Source: Acidimicrobiia bacterium
GTDB lineage: Bacteria > Actinomycetota > Acidimicrobiia > Acidimicrobiales > CATQHL01
Length of the DNA: 64,000 bases
NCBI GenBank assembly: GCA_009840735.1
Contig: VXNF01000083.1
Coordinates: forward strand, 10,040-74,039
Reading direction: 5' to 3'
A program made the position numbers and the translations under genes. Positions 48,413 to 57,080 of this stretch are shown in pieces. The notes below the pieces were generated by a model. The model was not told the DNA's origin. It searched no databases and saw only the letters and a list, made by a program, of their open reading frames with translations. Position 1 is the first letter of the stretch. Each line of letters opens with the position of its first letter.

Positions 48413-49654
48413 ATGAGCCGCACCCTCGGTCCTGCCTCGGGCCACGCCAAGGGGCCTTTCGCGGTCGACTGGGAGGAGCGCTACGACATGGCGCGCCTGC
48501 GGCGGGAGCGCCTCGCCGCCGCCCAGCGCGCCCTCACCGCAGCGGGCCTCGACGCCTTGATGGTCTGGAAAGACGAGAACGTCCGCTACCTCACCTCGCT
48601 GCGGGCACAGCTCATTGCCGGCAAGACGATGGCGCTCAACGGTGCCCTGCTCTTGCCGGCCGGTGAGCCGGTGCTGCTGTGCTCGGGCGGTGAGATCGAC
48701 AAGGTTCGGGCGGGGATGCCGTGGATCGCCGAGGCGCACGCCATCCCGATCATGGAGCAGGCCGAACTCGTGGACGGCTTCGTGGCGAGCATCCTGGGGC
48801 CGATCCTGGCCGAGCGAGGGCTCGACAGCGGACGGGTGGGGGTGGATGCTGGCAACGTCTCGTTCATCGACGCCATGCGCCGGCACCTGCCGGACCTGGA
48901 ACTGGCCGACGGCGACGCGGTGATGCAGCAGGCCCGGCTCATCAAGACCGACGTCGAGATCGCCATCATCGCCGAGGCCTGCGCCATCGGCGACGCCGTC
49001 ACGCAGCGGGCCTTGGATGAGACGAGGGCGGGCCGGCGCGAGCTGGAGGTGGCCGGCGACGCCATGCAGACGCTGTTCCGCCTCGGCGGTGAGATGGCGC
49101 ATGTCATCACGCCGTTCGTGGCCTCCGGCGAGCACATGTCGCCCCCACACCGCCTCGCCACCGACAAGTTGATGCGCAACAGCGACCTCTGCTTCATCGA
49201 CATCGGCGCCGCCTGGAATGGGTACTTCGCAGACATCGGGCGCACCACGGTTATCGGTCGCCCCAACCGGCGCCAGCAGGAGATCTACACGGCCGTCTAC
49301 GAGGGTTTGATGGCGGGGATCGACAGGATGCGGCCCGGCGCCACCACCGCGGAGGCCGCCGACGCCGTCGTGGCGACCATCGGCGCCCACGGGCTGGCCG
49401 AGCACCTGTTCAGCCTGTTCATCGGCCACGGCATCGGCGTGGGCGCCAACGAGCCGCCCTACATCGGCGAGCGCATGCCGGGCGCCACCGACACGGAGTT
49501 CCGCCCCGGCATGGTGTTCGCGGTGGAGCCCCTGGTGTGGGTGCCGGGCGTGCCCGGCGGCGGAGGGGTGCGGATCGAGGACATGGTGCTAGTGACCGAG
49601 GACGACCCGGTGGTGCTGTCCCGTGTCGAGTACGAAGAGAGGCTGCTGCTATGA
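48413..49654 (+). CDS. M24-family metallopeptidase (creatinase/prolidase-like)
   Basis: A creatinase-like N-domain is followed by a pita-bread C-domain with the motifs CFIDIGAAWNGYFADIGRT, IGHGIGV and EPLVW...VRIEDMVLVT. Confidence 0.85.
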   Translation: MSRTLGPASGHAKGPFAVDWEERYDMARLRRERLAAAQRALTAAGLDALMVWKDENVRYLTSLRAQLIAGKTMALNGALLLPAGEPVLLCSGGEIDKVRAGMPWIAEAHAIPIMEQAELVDGFVASILGPILAERGLDSGRVGVDAGNVSFIDAMRRHLPDLELADGDAVMQQARLIKTDVEIAIIAEACAIGDAVTQRALDETRAGRRELEVAGDAMQTLFRLGGEMAHVITPFVASGEHMSPPHRLATDKLMRNSDLCFIDIGAAWNGYFADIGRTTVIGRPNRRQQEIYTAVYEGLMAGIDRMRPGATTAEAADAVVATIGAHGLAEHLFSLFIGHGIGVGANEPPYIGERMPGATDTEFRPGMVFAVEPLVWVPGVPGGGGVRIEDMVLVTEDDPVVLSRVEYEERLLL

Positions 49655-50649
49655 GCGATGGGAACGAGCCGGTCCGCTTGGGGGTCGTGGGTCTGGGCTG
49701 GTGGGGCGGCGAACTGGCCGACGCCGCGGCCCGCAGCGGCGCGGCTGTGGTGGCGTGCTATGCCCGCACCGATTCGGCCCGGCTGGACTTCGCGGAGGCC
49801 TGGGGCTGCCGGGCGGCCACGTCGTTCCGCGAGCTGATCTCCGCCGACGATGTGGAGGGCGTCGTGCTGGCGACGCCGCACAGCGTCCACGGCGAGCAGG
49901 TCCGCGAGGCGGCCGCCGCCGGCAAGGCTGTGCTGGTGGACAAGCCGTTCACGTTGAGCGTCGCTGACGGGCAGCGCGCCGTCGCCGCCGCGGCCGACGC
50001 CGGGACGGTGCTCATGGTGGGCCACCAGCGGCGTCGAGCCGCCGCGGTCCGGCGCATCCGCGCCATGCTCGACGACGGGCGCCTCGGCACGCCGCTGCTG
50101 GCCACGTCGGTGTTCACCGTGGGCCGCGGCTTCCCGGCGAACTGGCGGTCGTCGCGGCACGAGAGCCCCCTCGGCGGCATGACCGGGCTCGGCGTTCACA
50201 TGATCGACACGTTCCACTACCTCCTGGGCCCGATCCGCCGGGTCAGCGCCTTCAGCAACGGGGTGCTGGCGGGTGAGCCTCTGGACCACGCCACCGGGCT
50301 GCTGTTCGAGTTCGCCTCCGGCGCCGTGGGCAACCTCGTGACCTCCCACTTCAACCCGTTGACGGAGGAGCTCTGCGTCTTCGGCTCGGCGGCCTCCGCG
50401 GCCAGCACCGACGAAGGGACCCGACTGTTCACCCAGCAGCGCAGCGAGACGGCGCGCCGCGAGGTGCCGCTTGCGGCCACCGACCCGCTGGCTGAGCAGC
50501 TAGCGGAGTTCGCCGCAGCCGTTAGGGGCGAAGGCTCTGTCGAGACTGACGGCGAGGCGGGCCTCGCGGTGATTGCCGTGCTCGAGGCCGCTGTCGCCTC
50601 AGTCGAGCGCGGCGAGGCGGTCGACGTGGCCGAGTTCGCCGGCGACTAG
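49651..50649 (+). CDS. Gfo/Idh/MocA-family oxidoreductase
   Basis: The ATG at 49651 (ATGA overlap with the M24 stop) gives MSDGNEPVRLGVVGLGWWGG, a Rossmann motif. The segments ATPHSVHGEQ and VLVDKPF are present. Confidence 0.85.
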   Translation: MSDGNEPVRLGVVGLGWWGGELADAAARSGAAVVACYARTDSARLDFAEAWGCRAATSFRELISADDVEGVVLATPHSVHGEQVREAAAAGKAVLVDKPFTLSVADGQRAVAAAADAGTVLMVGHQRRRAAAVRRIRAMLDDGRLGTPLLATSVFTVGRGFPANWRSSRHESPLGGMTGLGVHMIDTFHYLLGPIRRVSAFSNGVLAGEPLDHATGLLFEFASGAVGNLVTSHFNPLTEELCVFGSAASAASTDEGTRLFTQQRSETARREVPLAATDPLAEQLAEFAAAVRGEGSVETDGEAGLAVIAVLEAAVASVERGEAVDVAEFAGD

Positions 50650-50662
50650 CCAGTCCGCCGCG

Positions 50663-50697
50663 CCCGCAGATCCAAAGAACTATCTTGGATTTGCGGG
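50663..50697 (+). terminator. Stem-loop, 13-bp stem (one G-U), 9-nt loop; candidate terminator without a U-tract
   Basis: The arms cccgcagatccaa (50663-50675) and ttggatttgcggg (50685-50697) pair. The structure begins 14 nt after the oxidoreductase stop codon. Confidence 0.4.
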
Positions 50698-50702
50698 GCA
50701 TG

Positions 50703-50753
50703 CGCCCTCGTCGGGCCCGGAAACTTGCTCCCTCATGGCCCCGACGAGGGGCG
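50703..50753 (+). other. Second long stem-loop (11 bp contiguous, plus 2 bp past a bulge)
   Basis: ccctcgtcggg (50705-50715) pairs with cccgacgaggg (50740-50750). It follows the first hairpin directly and lies upstream of the giant gene. Confidence 0.4.
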
Positions 50754-50947
50754 AATTGTAAGTGGCACTTTCAATCCGCACCCTCGGGGCCGGGCTGCCG
50801 GGGCGTGAGATGCACCGAGATTGCCTCGCCGGGCGGGGCACGGCCGTAGCCGACCGCGCCCACTTGCGATGCGGGGGGATACAGTCCGGTTGTTCGCTGG
50901 AGGTTGCGAGTCGGGCGTGTGGGTTCTTGTCGCCGGGGAGAGAGGGC

Positions 50948-53900
50948 GTGGTGGTAGCTGATTGGGCCCCACCTGACGGGAAGTTGGGCCGCTTCGTCGC
51001 AGAGGAGTCGCAGAATTCCCTTGACGCCTACCGCGCCCAGCCGATCAATCTGCGAGCGAATGTCGCTGAGGAGCGGGACATCATCCAGGGTGGCTACCAA
51101 GATCGGCAGCTCGTCGAGCTGGCCAAGAACGGTGCCGATGCGATCTGGTCTCGGGCTCACGCTCGGGGCGGCGAGCTCGAGCCAGCCGATAGCGATTGCG
51201 GCGAGGATGCGTCGGCAACTCCCGGACGACCTGCCCAACCGTCAGGGCGCGAGTCGTCGGGGGGTTCCCGTGGACGGATCGAAGTCCGTCTCACCGGCGA
51301 CTGCCTCTACTGCGCAGACGACGGCGAACCCATCAACTGCCATGGTGTCACGGCGCTCATGTTCTCGCGACTCGGCACCAGACGAGGGACCGATCAGATC
51401 GGCATGTTCGGGCTCGGCTTCAAGTCCGTGCTCGGCGTCAGCGACTCGCCGGAGTTCTTCAGCCGGTCAGGCTCATTTCGCTTCGACCGCGCCGAGTCGC
51501 GCCGGCGCGTGCGCAAGGTGGTGCCGGACGCTGAGGAGTGCCCGGTGCTTCGCCTCCCCGAGCCGATCCACCCCGCCGAGTGCTCCCGCCGCGACGACGT
51601 GCTGGCGGACCTCATGGACTGGGCGGCCAACATCGTGCGGTTGCCGCTCAAGGGCGGGGCGCACCAAGGCCTGCTCTGTCAGATGCGAAAATTTCCCGCG
51701 GAGTTCCTGCTCTTCGTGCCCCACGTCGCCAAGATCGCACTGATCGACGATTCCGACACGCCGAATCGGGAGTTCGAGGTGGAGCAGGTCGACGGCGATT
51801 ATCTCCTCGCTGGCGGGGACGAGACCAGTCACTGGAGGTTGTTCGAACGCGCCCATGAGTTGTCGGCGGACGCTCTTGTGGCCCGGATGGACGGCGACGA
51901 CCGCCACGAAGTTTCGGTTCGCTGGGCGGTGCCAATCGACCGGCTTGGCCCATCCACGAAGTTCTGGGCGCACTTCCCGACCGAGACGGAGAGCCTCGTG
52001 CCCGGAATCTTGAATGCGCAGTGGAGGACCGACCACACGTGGACGCACCTGCATGGCAGACCCTACAACGACGACTTGATCGGCGCCGCGGCACAGCTGA
52101 TCGCGGAGGCGCTGCCCGAACTCTCGACCGCGGAGGACCCGGCGCAACACCTCGACGCCCTGCCTCGCCGCGGCGAACGCGGGGACAACTACTTCGCGGA
52201 CCGTATCCGAAGCCGGCTTTTCGAGCTGGTGCAGGAACGGGAGATCGTGCCCGACCAAGACGGGAAGTTGCGTTGCGCGCGGACCCTCAAGTACCCGCCC
52301 GACGTGGGCGCTCGGGCGCTGGATCGGTGGGCGGCCTATCCCGGTCGTCCCCGCGACTGGCTCCACCACGCGGCGCTTCGGACTCAGCAGCGCCGCTCGA
52401 CCGTCGCTCGACTGTGGCACGGCGACGCGGCTGGCAGCACCAACCCAAAGCTCCCGGATGCGCGAATTGCCGAGTGGTTGGAGGCGCTCACCGCCGCCGC
52501 GGCCCCCGGCGACAGGGTTGAGGCGTCAAGGGCGGCAGTGCAGACCGCCGCGCTCATTCCGTCAGATCGCCGCGGTTCCGGATTGGGGAAGATCATCCTG
52601 ACGGCGCAGGGCGCTTGGGAATACCCCGACGTCGATCGGCTCGAACTGCCGGACGAGTCGACGGTCGAGGACTCCGAGATCGCCCCTGCCGTCTCCGTCC
52701 ATCCGGAGTTGGCATCGGATCCCCAGACGCGGAAGGCGCTGGAGGATCTGGGACTGAGACCGCCGTCGGATGAGAGGCGCTTCCGCCGCGCGGCCGATGC
52801 CGTGCTGAGGTCACGGTGGCCATCTGACGACGCCGACCGTCACACGCGGTTCTGGGAGTTGTCACGCAAGCTGGACGTCGCTGGAGCGCTCAAGATCATG
52901 GACGATTGCTGGAACCAGGTCATTGAGGAGTGGCGGGACCGGATCATTGGAGAGCTCAGGTATTGGGGCGCCCAGCTTCGAGTGCGGACTCGCGCGGGTG
53001 GCTGGGAGTCGATCTGCTCGGTCCTGATGCCGGAAGACATCGTGCCCGGCGACGGGAGCCGAGACGACGGCGCAACGGTCGACCTGGAGTTCCACTCGCC
53101 CAATGAGGCACTACTGCGCCGACTCGGAGCGGTGGAAAGCCCCGAGGGCGGCCGGGACCTGTCGGTGGAACCGGGATTCGAGGCGTATCGTGAGGATCAC
53201 AGAGCCGCGTTCCTCCAACAACCGAATCTTGCGTGCACACCGGGTAGCAAGCGGCGTCCGCAATCCAAACGACTTCAGTTCGTATCGGAATGTGGCGTCG
53301 GCCCGCTCGGGGTTCTCGCCGCGCTCTCCGAGGAGGGCAAGGCGCTCTACACGCAGGCACTACTGGACTCGGACGACTGTTTCGCGCCGTGGATCATGCG
53401 GCATGACCTCCAGAACCCGTGCAACTGCCCGAAGATGGAGTGCGCGCCGCTGGCGGTGAGCGCCATCCGGGCACACGGTCGCATCCAGACCCGCGACGGG
53501 ATCGTTCCGTTCTCGGACGCGCTCGGCAAGCCTCCGCCGAATTCTGTCGCTCTGGAGGCCCTGCTGCGGCATCGGAAAGCAGAGCAGATCAAGCAGGCAT
53601 TCGATCTTGACGATCCGAAACCCGAGGTATACGGCGAGGAGGATCCGACCCCGCTGACCGAGGTCTGGCCCGGTCTCGCGAGCTATCTGAATCCAGGGCA
53701 AATTCGGGTCGCGCTCGTCCGCTGCGGTCGCATTCGCGTCCTGGAGGACGAACGCGAGAGTGCCTTCGACGGGGATGTGGTGTACCTGGCCGCAGCCAGC
53801 GAGTCTGACATGGACCTGGCGCACCAGCCGCGGCTCGTGGCGCAGGCACTCCAACTCGACCTGTCCGATTCTGAGATTCAGAGGATCCCGGCCTATCGGC

Positions 53901-55600
53901 CGCCAGCGGAGATCGCGGAGCGGCGCGCCAGGGTGCGCGCCTGCGAGACCGACGAGCGGCGCCTGCTCGAAGCTGTGGGGGTCGATGCGCTGCGCGGTGG
54001 CCTGCCTGCGTCCCTGCTCACGGTGATCGCCCCGGATGGCGGCGAGTTGAGCGACGAGGAGGTCGCCAAGGCCGCTATCGCTGTCTCCGGAACCGGCGTG
54101 CTGAGACACTACAAATCTCACCTACGAGACCTCGATCCGCCGCCGCAGCTGGCAGGGTCGCGACTCGCCATCGAGTTCGTCCGCTCCCTCGGGCTCCCCG
54201 ACGACTGGGCGGGGTCGCGCAGCGCGAAGCCGGATCCGTTCGAGGAGGTCGACGCCCGCCCGCTCCCGAAGCTTCACGACTTCCAGGAGACGATCGTCGG
54301 CAACGTGCGGCAGATGATTCGGGAAGGCTCCGGGAGCACTGGCGGGGGCCGCGGCTTCCTCAGCCTCCCGACCGGCTCTGGCAAGACCCTTGTCGCCATT
54401 CAAGCGATAGTCGAGGAGATTCGCGCCAGGCACGAGAACGGGGCGGCGGGGCCACTCGACGGCCCGATTCTCTGGGTCGCCCACCGGGGGGAACTCTGCG
54501 AACAGGCGTTTGTGGCGTGGCAGCAGGTTTGGGCGAACATCGGACCGACAGGTGTGCGGCTCCGCGTCTCTCGGCTGTGGGGCGGCCAGGAGGAGCCACG
54601 AGCCGTGGACTATCCGCACGTGGTGGTGGCGACAGTCCAAACGCTGCGATCCAGGATCAGGGCTGGCTCGGAGGCGAACTGGTACTCGGAGAACGTCCCC
54701 TTGGTGGTGTTCGACGAAGCGCATCGAGCGATAGCACCCGAATCCACGACGGTGCTCAAGGCCATCGGCCTGGAGGGAGCCAGCAGAGCCCAGGAGTCGC
54801 TGCTGTTGGGACTCTCAGCCACTCCGCACCGGGGCTACAACGACGAGGAGACCCGACGTCTGGCTCGCCGCTTCGATGAGAACCGCCTGGATCGAGGTGT
54901 TTTCGAGAGCGACGATGCAGAGCAGGTCATCTCCGAATTGCAGGGACGCGGCGTTCTCGCGTACGCAGATCATGAGTTCCTTGTGGGTGCAACGGTCGAG
55001 TTGAGCGAGGCGGATCTGGAAGGACCCAAGCGGTTCATCCGGGAGGAACGCGACGCGGCTGGCAGAACTGGCCCGATTGACTGGGACGACCCAGACACAC
55101 TTGTCAGGCTGCGGGTCCACTCGGAAGGCGAACTGGCCCGCCGTGCCGCCGCCGACCAAGGCCGCTCACTGCGGATCATCGAGCGATGCGCCGAGCTCGC
55201 CGAGGAACGGCAGATCGTCGTCTTCGCCACGACGGTCGAGCACGCGCAGACCGTCGCAGCCGCGCTCGAGCTGCGGGGCATCACGGCGCGGAGCGTGAGC
55301 GGTGACACGCGTCCCGCGGACCGCAAGCGGGCGGTCGAGGGATTCCGGCGGGGCGACGTCCGGGCGCTCGTCAACTACAACGTGTTCACCGAGGGATTCG
55401 ACGCCCCCAAGACTGAAGCCATCGTCGTGGCCCGCCCTGTCTCCCGCCCCAACGCCTACTTCCAGATGATCGGCCGAGGTCTGCGGGGACCGGAGAACGG
55501 CGGCACCGAGCGCTGCCTCATCGTCAACGTGCAGGACAACTTCGGGAGGTTCGGGTACAGCTTGGCCTTCACCGAGCTGGACTGGCTCTGGGCCAGCTGA
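50948..55600 (+). CDS. Giant fusion protein: sacsin/MORC-like GHKL ATPase, unknown ~700-aa region, SF2 DEAH helicase (ResIII plus Helicase_C)
   Basis: The continuous frame spans 50762-55600 (1612 codons). I favour the GTG at 50948, which follows the purine-rich GGGGAGAGAGGG. GHKL motifs are the N-box LVELAKNGADA (51116-51142), ADDGEPI (~51317) and the G2 box IGMFGLGFKSV (51398-51430). A sacsin-repeat-like FWAHFPTETESLVPGILNAQW lies at ~51962. Helicase motifs are I LPTGSGKT (~54366), II VFDEAHR (~54706), III LSATPHR, V FTEGFDAP and VI QMIGRGLRG (~55460). Confidence 0.8.
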   Translation: MVVADWAPPDGKLGRFVAEESQNSLDAYRAQPINLRANVAEERDIIQGGYQDRQLVELAKNGADAIWSRAHARGGELEPADSDCGEDASATPGRPAQPSGRESSGGSRGRIEVRLTGDCLYCADDGEPINCHGVTALMFSRLGTRRGTDQIGMFGLGFKSVLGVSDSPEFFSRSGSFRFDRAESRRRVRKVVPDAEECPVLRLPEPIHPAECSRRDDVLADLMDWAANIVRLPLKGGAHQGLLCQMRKFPAEFLLFVPHVAKIALIDDSDTPNREFEVEQVDGDYLLAGGDETSHWRLFERAHELSADALVARMDGDDRHEVSVRWAVPIDRLGPSTKFWAHFPTETESLVPGILNAQWRTDHTWTHLHGRPYNDDLIGAAAQLIAEALPELSTAEDPAQHLDALPRRGERGDNYFADRIRSRLFELVQEREIVPDQDGKLRCARTLKYPPDVGARALDRWAAYPGRPRDWLHHAALRTQQRRSTVARLWHGDAAGSTNPKLPDARIAEWLEALTAAAAPGDRVEASRAAVQTAALIPSDRRGSGLGKIILTAQGAWEYPDVDRLELPDESTVEDSEIAPAVSVHPELASDPQTRKALEDLGLRPPSDERRFRRAADAVLRSRWPSDDADRHTRFWELSRKLDVAGALKIMDDCWNQVIEEWRDRIIGELRYWGAQLRVRTRAGGWESICSVLMPEDIVPGDGSRDDGATVDLEFHSPNEALLRRLGAVESPEGGRDLSVEPGFEAYREDHRAAFLQQPNLACTPGSKRRPQSKRLQFVSECGVGPLGVLAALSEEGKALYTQALLDSDDCFAPWIMRHDLQNPCNCPKMECAPLAVSAIRAHGRIQTRDGIVPFSDALGKPPPNSVALEALLRHRKAEQIKQAFDLDDPKPEVYGEEDPTPLTEVWPGLASYLNPGQIRVALVRCGRIRVLEDERESAFDGDVVYLAAASESDMDLAHQPRLVAQALQLDLSDSEIQRIPAYRPPAEIAERRARVRACETDERRLLEAVGVDALRGGLPASLLTVIAPDGGELSDEEVAKAAIAVSGTGVLRHYKSHLRDLDPPPQLAGSRLAIEFVRSLGLPDDWAGSRSAKPDPFEEVDARPLPKLHDFQETIVGNVRQMIREGSGSTGGGRGFLSLPTGSGKTLVAIQAIVEEIRARHENGAAGPLDGPILWVAHRGELCEQAFVAWQQVWANIGPTGVRLRVSRLWGGQEEPRAVDYPHVVVATVQTLRSRIRAGSEANWYSENVPLVVFDEAHRAIAPESTTVLKAIGLEGASRAQESLLLGLSATPHRGYNDEETRRLARRFDENRLDRGVFESDDAEQVISELQGRGVLAYADHEFLVGATVELSEADLEGPKRFIREERDAAGRTGPIDWDDPDTLVRLRVHSEGELARRAAADQGRSLRIIERCAELAEERQIVVFATTVEHAQTVAAALELRGITARSVSGDTRPADRKRAVEGFRRGDVRALVNYNVFTEGFDAPKTEAIVVARPVSRPNAYFQMIGRGLRGPENGGTERCLIVNVQDNFGRFGYSLAFTELDWLWAS

Positions 55601-55665
55601 CGCCGGATTGCGTGCTCGGCGTTGACACCGCGCGGCAGCTAATCAACGCTTATGTTGAAGCCGTT

Positions 55666-55684
55666 GCTTAGCGTTGGGCTAAGC
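55666..55684. terminator. Perfect 7-bp hairpin between convergent genes (GCTTAGC-gttgg-GCTAAGC)
   Basis: The hairpin sits in the 103-nt gap between the stop of the giant gene (55600) and the stop of the convergent secreted-protein gene (55704). Confidence 0.4.
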
Positions 55685-55703
55685 CCACGGTTGCGGCGCG
55701 GGC

Positions 55704-57080
55704 TCAGAGCCCGCAGCGATCCAGGATCGGCGCTGCTGCTGACTCGAAGTTGCTGAGGGTGAAGGAGGCGGTGCCGACCGGCGCGCCGTCGTAGCCGAAG
55801 ACTCGAATCACCAGGTCGGCCTCGGGATCGAGGCGGATCATGTCCACGAAATCGGCGACGAGCCACGGGGGGACCGACACGCCCGCGTCGGAACTCTGGC
55901 CCCCGGCGAATTCGAGCCACTCCTGGGTTCTGGTGGCGTCGCCGACTCGGTACTCGACCGGCACGCCGCGGCCGTAGGCGGCGGCGATTGTGCCTCCTGT
56001 GCGGATGGTGAGGGTGAGTCCGCGGGAAGCGGTCGGTGCGGTCTCGTCGATCGGCTCGGCGGTCTCGTCGGGGGTCTCAGAAGGTGCCTCGACCGTGCAG
56101 GAGATCGATAGGTCCGGCACGGCCTGAGCCTCTCGGTCGGTGATCCCCAGCCAGATGCCGGAGAGCTGGCTGGCCAGCGTCTCGCTCTCGAGGATCGGAT
56201 CTTGGCTGCTGACCCGGTGCCAGGTTCCGGAAGGCCACGGCGCTCCGCATGCCTCCGCGGGGATCCACCAGAAGTCCTCTGGTCCGGCGGGCTCCTCGTC
56301 GGTCCCTGGGGTTTCCTCGGGCCAGGTGATGGCCTCGGCTGGGGGGGTCTCGTCGCTGGTCTCTTCGGGCCGGGCGGTCTCGTCAGAGAGGGCGGTCTCG
56401 TCGCTGTCGGGCGGGGTGATTTCCTCCGGCGCTGGGGATTTGCTGGAGGCTTCGTCGGGCGAGCCCGACTCGTCCGGGGAGGCCGGCGGTAAGTCGGTCG
56501 TTGTCGGGGGGCAGCGCAGGTAGCCGCACAGGTCGTACATCGACGGCTGTTCGGCGGGCTCGTGGCTCGCTTCGAAACGGACCGTTCGCCCTGCTCGGAC
56601 GTGTGCCTCGCCGCAGATGACTTCCGCCACCCAGACCCCGGGGCCGATGCACGTGACGTGCCAGTCCGCCAGAGCCGGGTCGTACCCGATGGGCGCCGCC
56701 TGCGGGCAGTCGCCGTCGGTGGCTTCGTCGGTTTCGTCGGGCGGGGCGTGGGGGATCCACAGCGAGAATCCGGAGACGAGAACGAACGTGCCCTCGGGCG
56801 TCACCACCACGGGCGGGGCCTCAGAGACCCCCATGGCAAATCCGGGGATCGTTCCGAGAGCGTCCTCGACGAGGGCGTCCACGCCGGTGGTGTCCTCGGC
56901 GGGTGTGTCCTGCTCCTGGGCGGCGACATGGATGGCCGGCAGGGCCAGCAGAGAACCGGCCAGAATCGCCGCCAGGATGGGAGCCAGCAACCGGCCGGGC
57001 AGCCGTTCCCGGCGGGCGGGCTCGGTCCGACGGCGCGTCGGCGCCGCGGCCGGTTGCCGCTGAGGTGTGTTCGAGATCAT
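55704..57080 (-). CDS. Secreted or membrane-anchored hypothetical protein with acidic Pro/Glu/Thr-rich linker
   Basis: The N-terminus has an Arg-rich segment followed by the hydrophobic LLAPILAAILAGSLLALPAIHVAAQ. A central PEETSDETPP-type linker follows. Several Cys residues are spaced through the protein. An ATGA overlap joins it to the upstream lipoprotein gene. Confidence 0.6.
   Translation of the reverse strand: MISNTPQRQPAAAPTRRRTEPARRERLPGRLLAPILAAILAGSLLALPAIHVAAQEQDTPAEDTTGVDALVEDALGTIPGFAMGVSEAPPVVVTPEGTFVLVSGFSLWIPHAPPDETDEATDGDCPQAAPIGYDPALADWHVTCIGPGVWVAEVICGEAHVRAGRTVRFEASHEPAEQPSMYDLCGYLRCPPTTTDLPPASPDESGSPDEASSKSPAPEEITPPDSDETALSDETARPEETSDETPPAEAITWPEETPGTDEEPAGPEDFWWIPAEACGAPWPSGTWHRVSSQDPILESETLASQLSGIWLGITDREAQAVPDLSISCTVEAPSETPDETAEPIDETAPTASRGLTLTIRTGGTIAAAYGRGVPVEYRVGDATRTQEWLEFAGGQSSDAGVSVPPWLVADFVDMIRLDPEADLVIRVFGYDGAPVGTASFTLSNFESAAAPILDRCGL

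Noticed and set aside
44319-50650. tRNA-Val as the attachment site of an integrated element carrying the downstream accessory enzymes and possibly the giant gene.
   Set aside because: The window contains no integrase or recombinase. I could find no direct repeat of the tRNA 3' end by eye near 50650-50950 or 55600-55700. The intervening genes look compositionally native. A computational repeat search would be needed to be sure.
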